Shown here: positions 1 to 8,155 of the stretch, piece by piece
Layout of the letters: every line of letters begins with the position of its first letter
How positions within the stretch are numbered: the stretch's first letter is position 1
Source: Candidatus Phoenicimicrobium oleiphilum
GTDB taxonomy: Bacteria > Atribacterota > Phoenicimicrobiia > Phoenicimicrobiales > Phoenicimicrobiaceae
Direction: 5' to 3'
Length of the DNA stretch: 20,978 bases
Assembly (NCBI GenBank): GCA_039638295.1
Contig: JBDIWJ010000035.1
Coordinates: 1-20,978, forward strand
Translations under genes and position numbers: made by a program
The notes under the pieces: generated by a model
Database searches by the model: none
What the model was told of the DNA's origin: nothing
What the model saw: the letters and a program-made list of their open reading frames with translations, nothing else

Positions 1-103
1 GGAACCTTCTTATTATCTCCAATTGATTAAGAAGATTCCCTTTGAGCTAACCCAAGCAAGTGATAAAAAGGTGGTAGACTTTTATTTGTCATATAACCGG
101 TAA

Positions 104-2926
104 CTAATTTAATACTTTTTTTAGAAATTCTCCGGTAAACGAATTCTTATTACAGGCTATTTCTTCGGGTGTACCTTCAGCTACAACTCGTCCCCCTTCT
201 TCTCCCCCGCCTGGGCCGAGATCGATAATATGATCTGCTGACTTTATTACATCCAAATTATGTTCTATGACTAAAACGGTATTACCAGCCCTAACTAATC
301 GATCTAAGACATTCAACAACTTCTTTACATCATCAAAATGTAATCCAGTAGTTGGTTCATCTAAAAGATATAGGGTCTTCCCGGTACTTTTTCTGCTTAG
401 CTCCTTTGCCAATTTAACTCTTTGTGCCTCACCACCAGATAATGTAGTAGCTGACTGCCCCAATTTTATATATCCTAATCCTACATCATATAAAGTTTTT
501 AATTTTCTCTTAATCGAAGGAATTGCATTAAAAAATTCTAAAGCTTCTTCTACAGTCATATCTAATATTTGAGTTATATTTTTCCCTTTATACTTTATTT
601 CCAAAGTTTCTCGATTAAACCTCTTCCCCTTACAAACCTCACAAGGAATATATACATCAGGTAAAAAATACATCTCTATTTTTACTATTCCAGCGCCCTG
701 ACATGCTTCACATCTACCCCCCCTTATATTAAAACTAAACCTTCCCGCTTTATAGCCCCTTATTCTGGCCTCTTTTGTCTTGGAAAATATTTCTCTAATA
801 GGGGTAAAAGCCCCGGTATAAGTAGCAGGATTTGAACGTGAAGTTCTACCAATGGGTGATTGGTCAATAATTATTACTTTATCTATATTATTAATTCCCT
901 CGATTTTATCATAATCGCCAGGGTAAACTCTACTCTTGTAAATTTCTTTAATTAAAGCTTTATACAGGGTTTCTTCAACCAAAGTGCTTTTTCCTGACCC
1001 AGATACACCAGTTACACAAGTAAACGTTCCTAAAGGAATTGATACATCGATGTTCTTTAAATTATACTGACGAGCTCCAATGATTTTTAAATATTTACCA
1101 TTTCCCTTTCTTCTTTTTAAGGGTAGATTAATCCTATTCAGGTGGCTTAAATATCGGCCAGTAATAGATTGTGGGTTTTTAATTATATTTTGACAAGATC
1201 CTTTCGCTACAACGTAACCTCCATGAATCCCAGCACCAGGTCCAAGGTCAATAATATAATCAGCAATTTTCATTGTTGCCTCATCATGTTCAATTACAAT
1301 TACTGTATTCCCTAAATCTCTTAATTTCAAAAGGGCTTGTAGAAGTTTAAAATTATCCTTTTGGTGTAATCCAATGCTTGGTTCGTCTAAAATATATAGC
1401 ACTCCAGTCAAACTTGAACCAATCTGAGTAGCCAAACGAATCCTCTGATTTTCTCCGCCAGCTAAAGTAGAAGAGGCTCGAGATAAAGTTAAATAATCAA
1501 GTCCCACATTAATTAAAAAACTTAGTCTACTCTTAATTTCTTTCAATATCTGGCCTACAATTATTATTTCTCTTTCACTCAATTTTATATTTTCAAAAAA
1601 ATCATAGTTTTGTTTAATTGACCATTCGGTAACATCGGCAATAGAAAAACCATCAATAGTTACTTTTAAACTCTCTGGGCGTAGCCTTTTACCATTACAA
1701 GAAGGACAGGTTCTAATGGTCATAAATTTTTGTATCTCAGAACGGATATACTCTGATTTAGTCTCTCTATATCGTCTTTTTAGATTATTAATTACCCCTT
1801 CAAAAGAATTCTCATGTAACCAGTAAGTATTTTGTTCATCATTCTGATATTTAAAAGGAATTTTAATTTCTCCTGAACCATATAAGATAATCTCTTGATA
1901 TTCGGGTTTTAATTTAGCAAAAGGGGTATTAAGGCTAAAGCCATAAAAATCAGCTATGCCTTTTAATATATGATACAGATATTTCCCTTTTACTTCCCCC
2001 CAGGGAGCCAACGCTCCCTGTAAAATGGATTTGCTTTTATCTGGTATGATCAGATCAGGGTCAAACTCCATTTTAAAACCTAATCCGCTACAAGTTGGAC
2101 AAGCTCCGTAAGGACTATTAAAAGAAAAGATTCGAGGGGCAATCTCTGGCAAATTTATTCCACAACGAGGGCAAGAAAAATATTCACTAAACATCCTTTC
2201 ATTTTCCCCCTCTACATCGATTATAACTATTCCTTCACTTAAAGTTAAAGCAGTCTCTATTGAACTGGCTAAGCGGTTTTTTATTTCTGATTTTACTATT
2301 AATCTATCTACTACTACTTCTATATTATGGTTTTTGTATCTATCTATTTTTATATCATCTTCTATTTCATAGACCTCTCCGTCAACTCTTACTCGAACAA
2401 ATCCTTTCTTTTGGATGTCTTCTAATATTTTTTTATGTTCTCCCTTTTTAAAACGAATTACCGGAGCTAATATCTGAATTTTTTTTCCTTTAGGCAAGGT
2501 TAGAGTTTGATCGACCATTTGTTCTATAGTCTGTTTACTAACCTTTTGACCACACTCTGGACAATGAGGTATCCCAATTCGAGCGAATAATAACCTTAAA
2601 TAATCATAAATTTCCGTTACTGTACCAACCGTAGAACGAGGATTCTTACTAGCCTTTCTCTGATCAATAGAAATGGCTGGTGATAAACCTTCGATATAAT
2701 CTACATCTGGTTTCCTCATACGCTCCATAAATTGGCGGGCATACGAAGATAGAGATTCAATATATCTTCTCTGGCCTTCGGCATAGATAGTGTCAAAGGC
2801 TAAAGAAGATTTACCTGAACCACTCAACCCAGTTATCACAATTAATTTATTTCGGGGTATTTCTAAATTGATATTTTTTAAATTATGTTCTCTTGCCCCT
2901 TTAATTATTATCTTAGTCTGAACCAA
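104..2926 (-). CDS. uvrA: Excinuclease ABC subunit A
   Basis: 940 aa. N-terminus [14 protein letters not shown], two Walker A motifs ([18 protein letters not shown]), CxxC zinc fingers, LSGGEAQR signature and LDEP Walker B. TTG start with GAGGAG RBS upstream. Confidence 0.99.
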   Translation of the reverse strand: MVQTKIIIKGAREHNLKNINLEIPRNKLIVITGLSGSGKSSLAFDTIYAEGQRRYIESLSSYARQFMERMRKPDVDYIEGLSPAISIDQRKASKNPRSTVGTVTEIYDYLRLLFARIGIPHCPECGQKVSKQTIEQMVDQTLTLPKGKKIQILAPVIRFKKGEHKKILEDIQKKGFVRVRVDGEVYEIEDDIKIDRYKNHNIEVVVDRLIVKSEIKNRLASSIETALTLSEGIVIIDVEGENERMFSEYFSCPRCGINLPEIAPRIFSFNSPYGACPTCSGLGFKMEFDPDLIIPDKSKSILQGALAPWGEVKGKYLYHILKGIADFYGFSLNTPFAKLKPEYQEIILYGSGEIKIPFKYQNDEQNTYWLHENSFEGVINNLKRRYRETKSEYIRSEIQKFMTIRTCPSCNGKRLRPESLKVTIDGFSIADVTEWSIKQNYDFFENIKLSEREIIIVGQILKEIKSRLSFLINVGLDYLTLSRASSTLAGGENQRIRLATQIGSSLTGVLYILDEPSIGLHQKDNFKLLQALLKLRDLGNTVIVIEHDEATMKIADYIIDLGPGAGIHGGYVVAKGSCQNIIKNPQSITGRYLSHLNRINLPLKRRKGNGKYLKIIGARQYNLKNIDVSIPLGTFTCVTGVSGSGKSTLVEETLYKALIKEIYKSRVYPGDYDKIEGINNIDKVIIIDQSPIGRTSRSNPATYTGAFTPIREIFSKTKEARIRGYKAGRFSFNIRGGRCEACQGAGIVKIEMYFLPDVYIPCEVCKGKRFNRETLEIKYKGKNITQILDMTVEEALEFFNAIPSIKRKLKTLYDVGLGYIKLGQSATTLSGGEAQRVKLAKELSRKSTGKTLYLLDEPTTGLHFDDVKKLLNVLDRLVRAGNTVLVIEHNLDVIKSADHIIDLGPGGGEEGGRVVAEGTPEEIACNKNSFTGEFLKKVLN

Positions 2927-2943
2927 TTATTAATTCTCCTCTA

Positions 2944-2963
2944 ATTAGTCGTTAACGACTAAT
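2944..2963. repeat. Perfect 20-bp palindrome ATTAGTCGTTAACGACTAAT in the uvrB-uvrA spacer
   Basis: The sequence equals its own reverse complement. Its halves match the TAGTCGTT/AACGACTA arms at 7933-7949 and 8141-8157. Confidence 0.9.
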
Positions 2964-2965
2964 CA

Positions 2966-4966
2966 CTATTTTATTTCGCCGAATATAGTCTTCTCTTTTT
3001 TTAATCTTCTTATCTCATCTCTTAGTAAGGCAGCTCTTTCAAAATCTAAGTTTTTAGCTGCCTGCTTCATTTCTTTCTCTAAAGAATTGATTAATATTTT
3101 TAAACTATTTTGATTTAAATATCTCCCTCTCTCTTCTCTTATAGTAGAATTTTCTTGGAAATTAGTTAAGTTAGTAACCAAATTGAATTCTTGTACCGGT
3201 TTAATTATGGTCTGGGGAATTATATTATGTTTTCTATTGTACTCTATTTGTATCTTTCTTCTTCGATTGGTCTCTTCTACTGCTCTTCTTATTGAACCAG
3301 TAATATTTCTACAGTATAAAATAACCGTTCCATTTATATTTCGAGCTGCTCTTCCCATTGTCTGGATTAATGAAGTCTCTGATCTTAAAAAACCCTCTTT
3401 ATCCGCATCTAAAATAGCCACAAGAGATACCTCGGGAAGGTCCAGCCCCTCTCTTAAAAGATTAACTCCGACCAAAACATTAAACTTGCCCAATCTTAAA
3501 TCTCTTAAGATATTAATGCGTTCTAATGTATCTATTTCTGAATGCAGATATCTTACTTTAATATTAATCTCTTCTAAGTACTCTGCTACATTTTCTGCCA
3601 TTCTCTTAGTTAAAGTGGTTACCAATATTCTTTCTTTCTTTTCTGTTCTTTTCTTAATTTCACCTATTAGACTATCAATCTGATTTTTCGCTGGTTTTAT
3701 AATTACTTCAGGATCAACTAATCCAGTAGGTCTAATAATTTGCTCAACTACCTGTTCGCTTTTTCCCACCTCATACTTAGCTGGTGTAGCAGAAACAAAT
3801 ACAACTCTTTTCATATATTTTTCAATTTCTTTAAAATATAATGGTCTATTGTCATAGGCAGAGGGCAAACGAAATCCATATTCTACCAAGTTATCTTTTC
3901 GGGATTTGTCACCAGCAAACATCCCGCGTAATTGTGGTATGGTGACATGTGATTCATCAATAAACATTAAAAAATCAGAGGGGAAATAATCCAATAGAGT
4001 AGCTGGCGGCTCCCCTTCTTTTCTTCCACTTAGATGGCGAGAATAATTTTCAATTCCATTACAATAACCTACTTCTCTTAGCATTTCTATATCATATCTG
4101 GTTCTTTGTTCTAACCTTTGAGCTTCTAATAATTTTCCTGCTTTTTTAAAATATTTTAACCTTTCCTGCAATTCTTCTTCTATTGATAAGATTGCTCTTT
4201 CTAATTTATCTTTTGTAGTAACAAAATGTTTTGCGGGATAAATTATTAATTTATTTTTTTTATTTATAATCTTTCCGGTTAAAGGATCAACCTCTGAAAT
4301 AGCCTCTATTTCATCACCCCATAACTCTATACGGAAGGCATATTCTAAGTAGGAAGGAAATATCTCTATTACATCTCCCCTAACTCTAAAACATCCCCGG
4401 TGAAAATCAATATCATTTCTTTCGTAATGTATATTTATCAGTTTCTCTAAAATTTTATCCCTATCACAAACTTCATTCTGATTAATTATTAATACTAAAT
4501 CTTTATAGTCTTCGGGTGAACCCAATCCATAAATACAAGATACACTGGCTACGATAATCACATCATTTCTCTGGAGTAAAGAACTAGTAGCAGAGAGTCT
4601 TAACCGATCTATTTCATCATTTATAGAAGAATCTTTTTCAATATATGTATCAGTGTGTGGTATATAAGCTTCTGGCTGATAATAATCATAATAACTTACA
4701 AAATATTCTACCGCATTATACGGAAAATATTTTCTAAATTCGCTACACAATTGAGCAGCTAAAGTTTTATTATGAGAGATCACGAGGGTAGGCAACTGAA
4801 CCTCTTGGATTACATTTGCCATAGTAAAGGTTTTCCCTGAACCAGTAACACCAAGTAAAGTCTGATATTTGTATCCTTTTTTTATACCATCTATTAATTT
4901 TTTTATAGCTTGAGGCTGATCTCCTTGGGGAGAATAATCCGATACCAATTTAAAATCCTGAGCCAT
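2966..4966 (-). CDS. uvrB: Excinuclease ABC subunit B
   Basis: 666 aa. GVTGSGKT Walker [11 protein letters not shown] beta-hairpin, DESH motif and C-terminal UVR domain ([11 protein letters not shown]). Confidence 0.99.
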   Translation of the reverse strand: MAQDFKLVSDYSPQGDQPQAIKKLIDGIKKGYKYQTLLGVTGSGKTFTMANVIQEVQLPTLVISHNKTLAAQLCSEFRKYFPYNAVEYFVSYYDYYQPEAYIPHTDTYIEKDSSINDEIDRLRLSATSSLLQRNDVIIVASVSCIYGLGSPEDYKDLVLIINQNEVCDRDKILEKLINIHYERNDIDFHRGCFRVRGDVIEIFPSYLEYAFRIELWGDEIEAISEVDPLTGKIINKKNKLIIYPAKHFVTTKDKLERAILSIEEELQERLKYFKKAGKLLEAQRLEQRTRYDIEMLREVGYCNGIENYSRHLSGRKEGEPPATLLDYFPSDFLMFIDESHVTIPQLRGMFAGDKSRKDNLVEYGFRLPSAYDNRPLYFKEIEKYMKRVVFVSATPAKYEVGKSEQVVEQIIRPTGLVDPEVIIKPAKNQIDSLIGEIKKRTEKKERILVTTLTKRMAENVAEYLEEINIKVRYLHSEIDTLERINILRDLRLGKFNVLVGVNLLREGLDLPEVSLVAILDADKEGFLRSETSLIQTMGRAARNINGTVILYCRNITGSIRRAVEETNRRRKIQIEYNRKHNIIPQTIIKPVQEFNLVTNLTNFQENSTIREERGRYLNQNSLKILINSLEKEMKQAAKNLDFERAALLRDEIRRLKKEKTIFGEIK

Positions 4967-5035
4967 TCACAACACCTTTTATAACTATACGTATAATTCA
5001 GTTCATAATTTAAAACATATTTTTATCTTTAAATA

Positions 5036-5064
5036 ATTATACAATTATTTTATGATTCTATAAA
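5036..5064 (-). promoter_or_regulatory. Possible sigma70 promoter for uvrB-uvrA
   Basis: Minus strand reads TTTATA-17 bp-TATAAT. The -35 match is weak and the region is AT-rich. Confidence 0.35.
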
Positions 5065-5067
5065 GGG

Positions 5068-5168
5068 TTAATTCGTATCTCGTATCCAGCATCTAGTACT
5101 CGTACTATATCTGATAGCCTAAAGCGAATAGAACGCAGTAATAAAGTAATATGTAATGAGTAATATGT
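5068..5168. repeat. Degenerate heptamer arrays (CGTATCT-type, then GTAATAT-type)
   Basis: TTAATTCGTATCTCGTATC at 5068-5086 is identical to 14990-15008. GTAATAT/GTAATGA units lie at about 5138-5168. Confidence 0.75.
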
Positions 5169-5194
5169 AGAGGAGCACGATGCATCGGGCCCGT
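5167..5194. repeat. Degenerate GTAG-type REP-like palindrome
   Basis: GTAG followed by the imperfect palindrome GCACGATGCATCGGGC. Related to GATGCATTGTGCCCCTAC at 7111-7128. Confidence 0.55.
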
Positions 5195-5330
5195 CATAAA
5201 AATTATAAAAGCAGTCCAGGGTAAATAAATCCGTCTCCATTCAAAGCTATATAGACAGGTTGGTCTAACCTCGTGAAAAGGGGTGCGTTTGTTCTGTCCT
5301 ATTAACGATTAATTTTTTAGGTCAATCAGT

Positions 5331-7043
5331 TTACTCTAAAAATAAATCCACAATCTTTGAATTATCAACATCTACTAAACCTTTATTGGTTATTTTAAAA
5401 TGAGGAACAACTTCTAAGGATAAAAAAGCAATGCTCATAAAAGGATTATTCACTTTAACTCCTAAATTCCTTGAAATCTTATAAAGGGAATCTAATTTTT
5501 CTTTCACTTCTGAGAGGGGTCTATCAGACATTAATCCAGCAATAGGTAGTGGCAACGAATCTACTATTTTTTCATCTACAGATATCGCTAACCCTCCCCC
5601 CATCTTAGCAATGTTTGCACCTACATTTAACATATCTTTATCATTAGTACCAATAATTATAATATTATGGGAATCATGGGCAATAGATGAGCCCAAAGCC
5701 CCTTTTTTAAGACCAATTCCTTTAACCAAACCTAAACTTACTTTCTGAGAAGCATGATGTCTTTCTATTACCGCAACTTTTAGAATATCTCGTTTTATAT
5801 CAGATACCACCCATCCATTATTAATTCTGGGTGTCTCTATATCAATTTCAGTAATAATTTGATCTGGTAGTATTTTTATTACTCTACATTTATTTCCTTT
5901 AACTGGAATTTGGAAATCTTCGGGATAAAGCCATTTAATATTGACTGAACTTCGGATAGGTACATCCAATGCTTTAGAGATTATCTCCTTTAATTCTCCG
6001 TTTTCAGCAATTAATTCTCCGTTTCTAAAAACTTTAAGTATATTGAAATCTTCGAAGTTATCAAAAACAACTAAATCTGCAGTATACCCAGGAGCAATAG
6101 CGCCTAAATTTCTTAATCTAAAATATTCAGTAGTGTTAAGAGTTGCCATTCTTATAGCTGTAACAGGGTCAATACCACCTCTTATAGCAGTTTTAATTAT
6201 ATAATTGATGTGCCCTTCTTCTATTAGATCTTTTGGATGCCGGTCATCACAACAAAAGAAACATCTTCTAGAATTATTTAAATTTATAAGAGGTAGAAGA
6301 TCATTTAAATTCCGAGTGACAGATCCTTCTCTTAACATAATATACATTCCCAATCTTAATTTTTCTTGAGCTTCTTCTACTGTAGTACATTCATGCTCAG
6401 ATTTTATTTGGGCAGAAATATATGCGCAAAGATCTTTTCCTGACAAATTAGGGGCATGACCATCAATACATTTATGAGAAGAGACGACTATCTTATCTAA
6501 AACTTCTGGATTTTTGTTTAAAACTCCAGGAAAATTCATCATTTCCCCTAATCCCAAAACCCATTTTTCATCCAAAAGTGGATATAAATCATTTACCCCT
6601 AAATCTGCTCCCGAAGTACCTAAGGGCGAAGCGGGGACGCAGGAAGGGAGCATCATAAAGACATTTATGGGGGCATATTTGCTGGATTCTAACATATATC
6701 TGATGCCTTCTAAACCCAGAACATTGGCAATTTCATGGGGATCTATAATTACCGAAGTTGTTCCCAGAGGTACTACTGTGTTGGCAAATTCTGATACTTT
6801 TACCATTGAACTTTCTAAATGAATATGTCCGTCAATAAATCCTGGGGAGAGATAATTATTAGATATATCAATTATTCTATCAGCATCATATCCTTTTCCT
6901 ACACCCACAATCTTGTCTTTATAAATAGCAACATCAGTAGCATATATTTCCCCAGAAAATACATTTATTATATTTCCATTTTTTAATAATAAATCAGCTT
7001 TTTTCTCTCCTCGAGCCACTTTTATAATCTCTGAAAGATTCAT
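5331..7043 (-). CDS. ade: Adenine deaminase
   Basis: PGFIDGHIHLESS, DPHEIANV, EMMNFPGV, DGHAP, REGS, DDRHP and AHDSHN motifs. Start moved to MNLSEII (ATG at 7043, RBS AGGGTGA) because part of the ORF-track extension is translated heptamer repeat. Confidence 0.96.
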   Translation of the reverse strand: MNLSEIIKVARGEKKADLLLKNGNIINVFSGEIYATDVAIYKDKIVGVGKGYDADRIIDISNNYLSPGFIDGHIHLESSMVKVSEFANTVVPLGTTSVIIDPHEIANVLGLEGIRYMLESSKYAPINVFMMLPSCVPASPLGTSGADLGVNDLYPLLDEKWVLGLGEMMNFPGVLNKNPEVLDKIVVSSHKCIDGHAPNLSGKDLCAYISAQIKSEHECTTVEEAQEKLRLGMYIMLREGSVTRNLNDLLPLINLNNSRRCFFCCDDRHPKDLIEEGHINYIIKTAIRGGIDPVTAIRMATLNTTEYFRLRNLGAIAPGYTADLVVFDNFEDFNILKVFRNGELIAENGELKEIISKALDVPIRSSVNIKWLYPEDFQIPVKGNKCRVIKILPDQIITEIDIETPRINNGWVVSDIKRDILKVAVIERHHASQKVSLGLVKGIGLKKGALGSSIAHDSHNIIIIGTNDKDMLNVGANIAKMGGGLAISVDEKIVDSLPLPIAGLMSDRPLSEVKEKLDSLYKISRNLGVKVNNPFMSIAFLSLEVVPHFKITNKGLVDVDNSKIVDLFLE

Positions 7044-7062
7044 ATTAATCACCCTTTTTTTC

Positions 7063-7280
7063 ATATTGCGTATCGCGTATTGCATACTGCGTTAGAGAAA
7101 TAAAAAATAAGATGCATTGTGCCCCTACACCATATTATATATTATGGGCTGACACAAGGTTTGTCCCTACAACTATCTTCTGAATTCTGGCTCCTGGCAT
7201 CTATTTTCTTTCCTAAACCAGCTAACCAGGTAACTAACTAACCAAATACGAGATACGATTCACGAGATACGAGATACGAG
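7063..7280. repeat. Spacer cassette: left heptamer arm (GTATCGC-type, 7063-7092), two GTAG-type REP-like units (7111-7128, 7146-7170), TAACCAGN 8-mers, right arm (AGATACG-type, 7245-7280)
   Basis: Read directly from the sequence. On the minus strand the REP-like units read GTAGGGGCACAATGCATC and GTAGGGACAAACCTTGTGTCAGCCC. The right arm overlaps the 3' end of coaE. Confidence 0.75.
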
Positions 7281-7874
7281 ACTCTGCCAGATCTTTTCTA
7301 CTTGTCCCTTTGTTTTATCTAATGAATTACTATTATCTATCACATAGTCAGCCATTTTTGCTTTTTCTTTTATAGAAATTTGTGACTTAATTCTCTTTAA
7401 TGCCTTTTCTTTAGATAAATTATTTCTTTTACCTAATCTTTTAATTTGTTCCTCTTCTTCTACATATACAACAATTATCTTATCCATTAAATTATCAATC
7501 TTGGCTTCATAAATTAAGGCTGCTTCTACAATTAATATTTCTTCTTTTCCATCTTTACAAGTGCTATTTTTTGCTAAATTAATTTCCCTTTTTATTAACT
7601 TTATAATTTCCGGATGAGTAATTTCATTTAGTTTTTTTAATAACCTATCATCATTAAAGACAATTTCCCCTAATTTTTTTCTATCTATATTTAAATCTTC
7701 TTTTAATACATCTCTTCCAAATAATTTAACAATTTTCACCCAGGCAGGTTTATGAGGTAATATCACTTTATGACCAAGTTCATCAGCATCTATAATTTTA
7801 GCACCCAAATCTTTAAACATCTTAGCCACTGTACTTTTACCGCTTACAATCCCACCGGTTAGACCAATAATCAA
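7260..7874 (-). CDS. coaE: Dephospho-CoA kinase
   Basis: IIGLTGGIVSGKSTV P-loop, IIDAD, IDRKKLGEIVF, ITHPEI and ADYVIDN. Probable TTG start at 7874 with GGAGG 10 nt upstream. The ORF-track N-terminal 27 aa lie in repeat DNA and the RBS region. Confidence 0.95.
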   Translation of the reverse strand: MIIGLTGGIVSGKSTVAKMFKDLGAKIIDADELGHKVILPHKPAWVKIVKLFGRDVLKEDLNIDRKKLGEIVFNDDRLLKKLNEITHPEIIKLIKREINLAKNSTCKDGKEEILIVEAALIYEAKIDNLMDKIIVVYVEEEEQIKRLGKRNNLSKEKALKRIKSQISIKEKAKMADYVIDNSNSLDKTKGQVEKIWQSLVSRIS

Positions 7875-7910
7875 CCCTATATTTCCTCCCATACATAGTC
7901 GATAGTGAAT

Positions 7911-7932
7911 CTTGTCCTCGTGAAAACGGGGA
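7911..7932. repeat. 22-bp GAAA-tetraloop hairpin unit CTTGTCCTCGTGAAAACGGGGA
   Basis: Stem TCCTCGT/ACGGGGA (one G-T pair) around a GAAA loop. It interrupts an ATAGTGA heptamer. A related copy, CCTCGTGAAAAGGGG, is at 5269-5283. Confidence 0.7.
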
Positions 7933-7944
7933 AGTGAATAGTCG

Positions 7945-8104
7945 TTAGTTAGCATTAAGTTTTTTTATTAAGCTCATAGTCATTTTACTAATTTCATCAA
8001 TTTCATTTAGTAATTTATTAGCTTCCTTATTTTCAAAATATCCCAGTCGTAAGGCAATAATAATTTGAGTGGAAAGTTCAGCACAACCGACTTGTTATTT
8101 TCAT
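7945..8104 (-). pseudogene. Internally deleted four-helix-bundle protein gene (23S rRNA IVP / TIGR02436-like)
   Basis: RBS AAGAAGGA and ATG at 8104 give MKITS. In a shifted frame, 8088-7945 reads GCAELSTQIIIALRLGYFENKEANKLLNEIDEISKMTMSLIKKLNAN*, which resembles the family C-terminal half. Family recognised by eye, not by search. Confidence 0.8.
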
Positions 8105-8155
8105 AATCCTTCTTATTATTCTAAATACTACTCACTATTCACTAACGACTATTAA

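Noticed and set aside
27..92. 21-codon minus-strand ORF downstream of uvrA
   Set aside because: Too short, with no clear RBS and no recognisable motif.
4986..4995. TATACGTATA palindrome upstream of uvrB as an SOS box
   Set aside because: Only 10 bp in AT-rich DNA, matching no LexA box I can identify, with no second copy noticed.
5058..5240. 60-aa minus-strand ORF, and similarly 14919-15104
   Set aside because: Made largely of translated heptamer and REP-like repeats, with no recognisable protein motif.
7086..7250. Purine riboswitch upstream of ade
   Set aside because: No purine-aptamer core is recognisable on the minus strand, and the region is explained by repeats. An Rfam scan would settle it.
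7945..8104. Diversity-generating retroelement suggested by the bAvd-like fold
   Set aside because: No reverse transcriptase is present. The 15.1/17.4-kb pair is inverted, non-coding and bounded by terminal repeats, unlike a template/variable repeat pair in a target gene.
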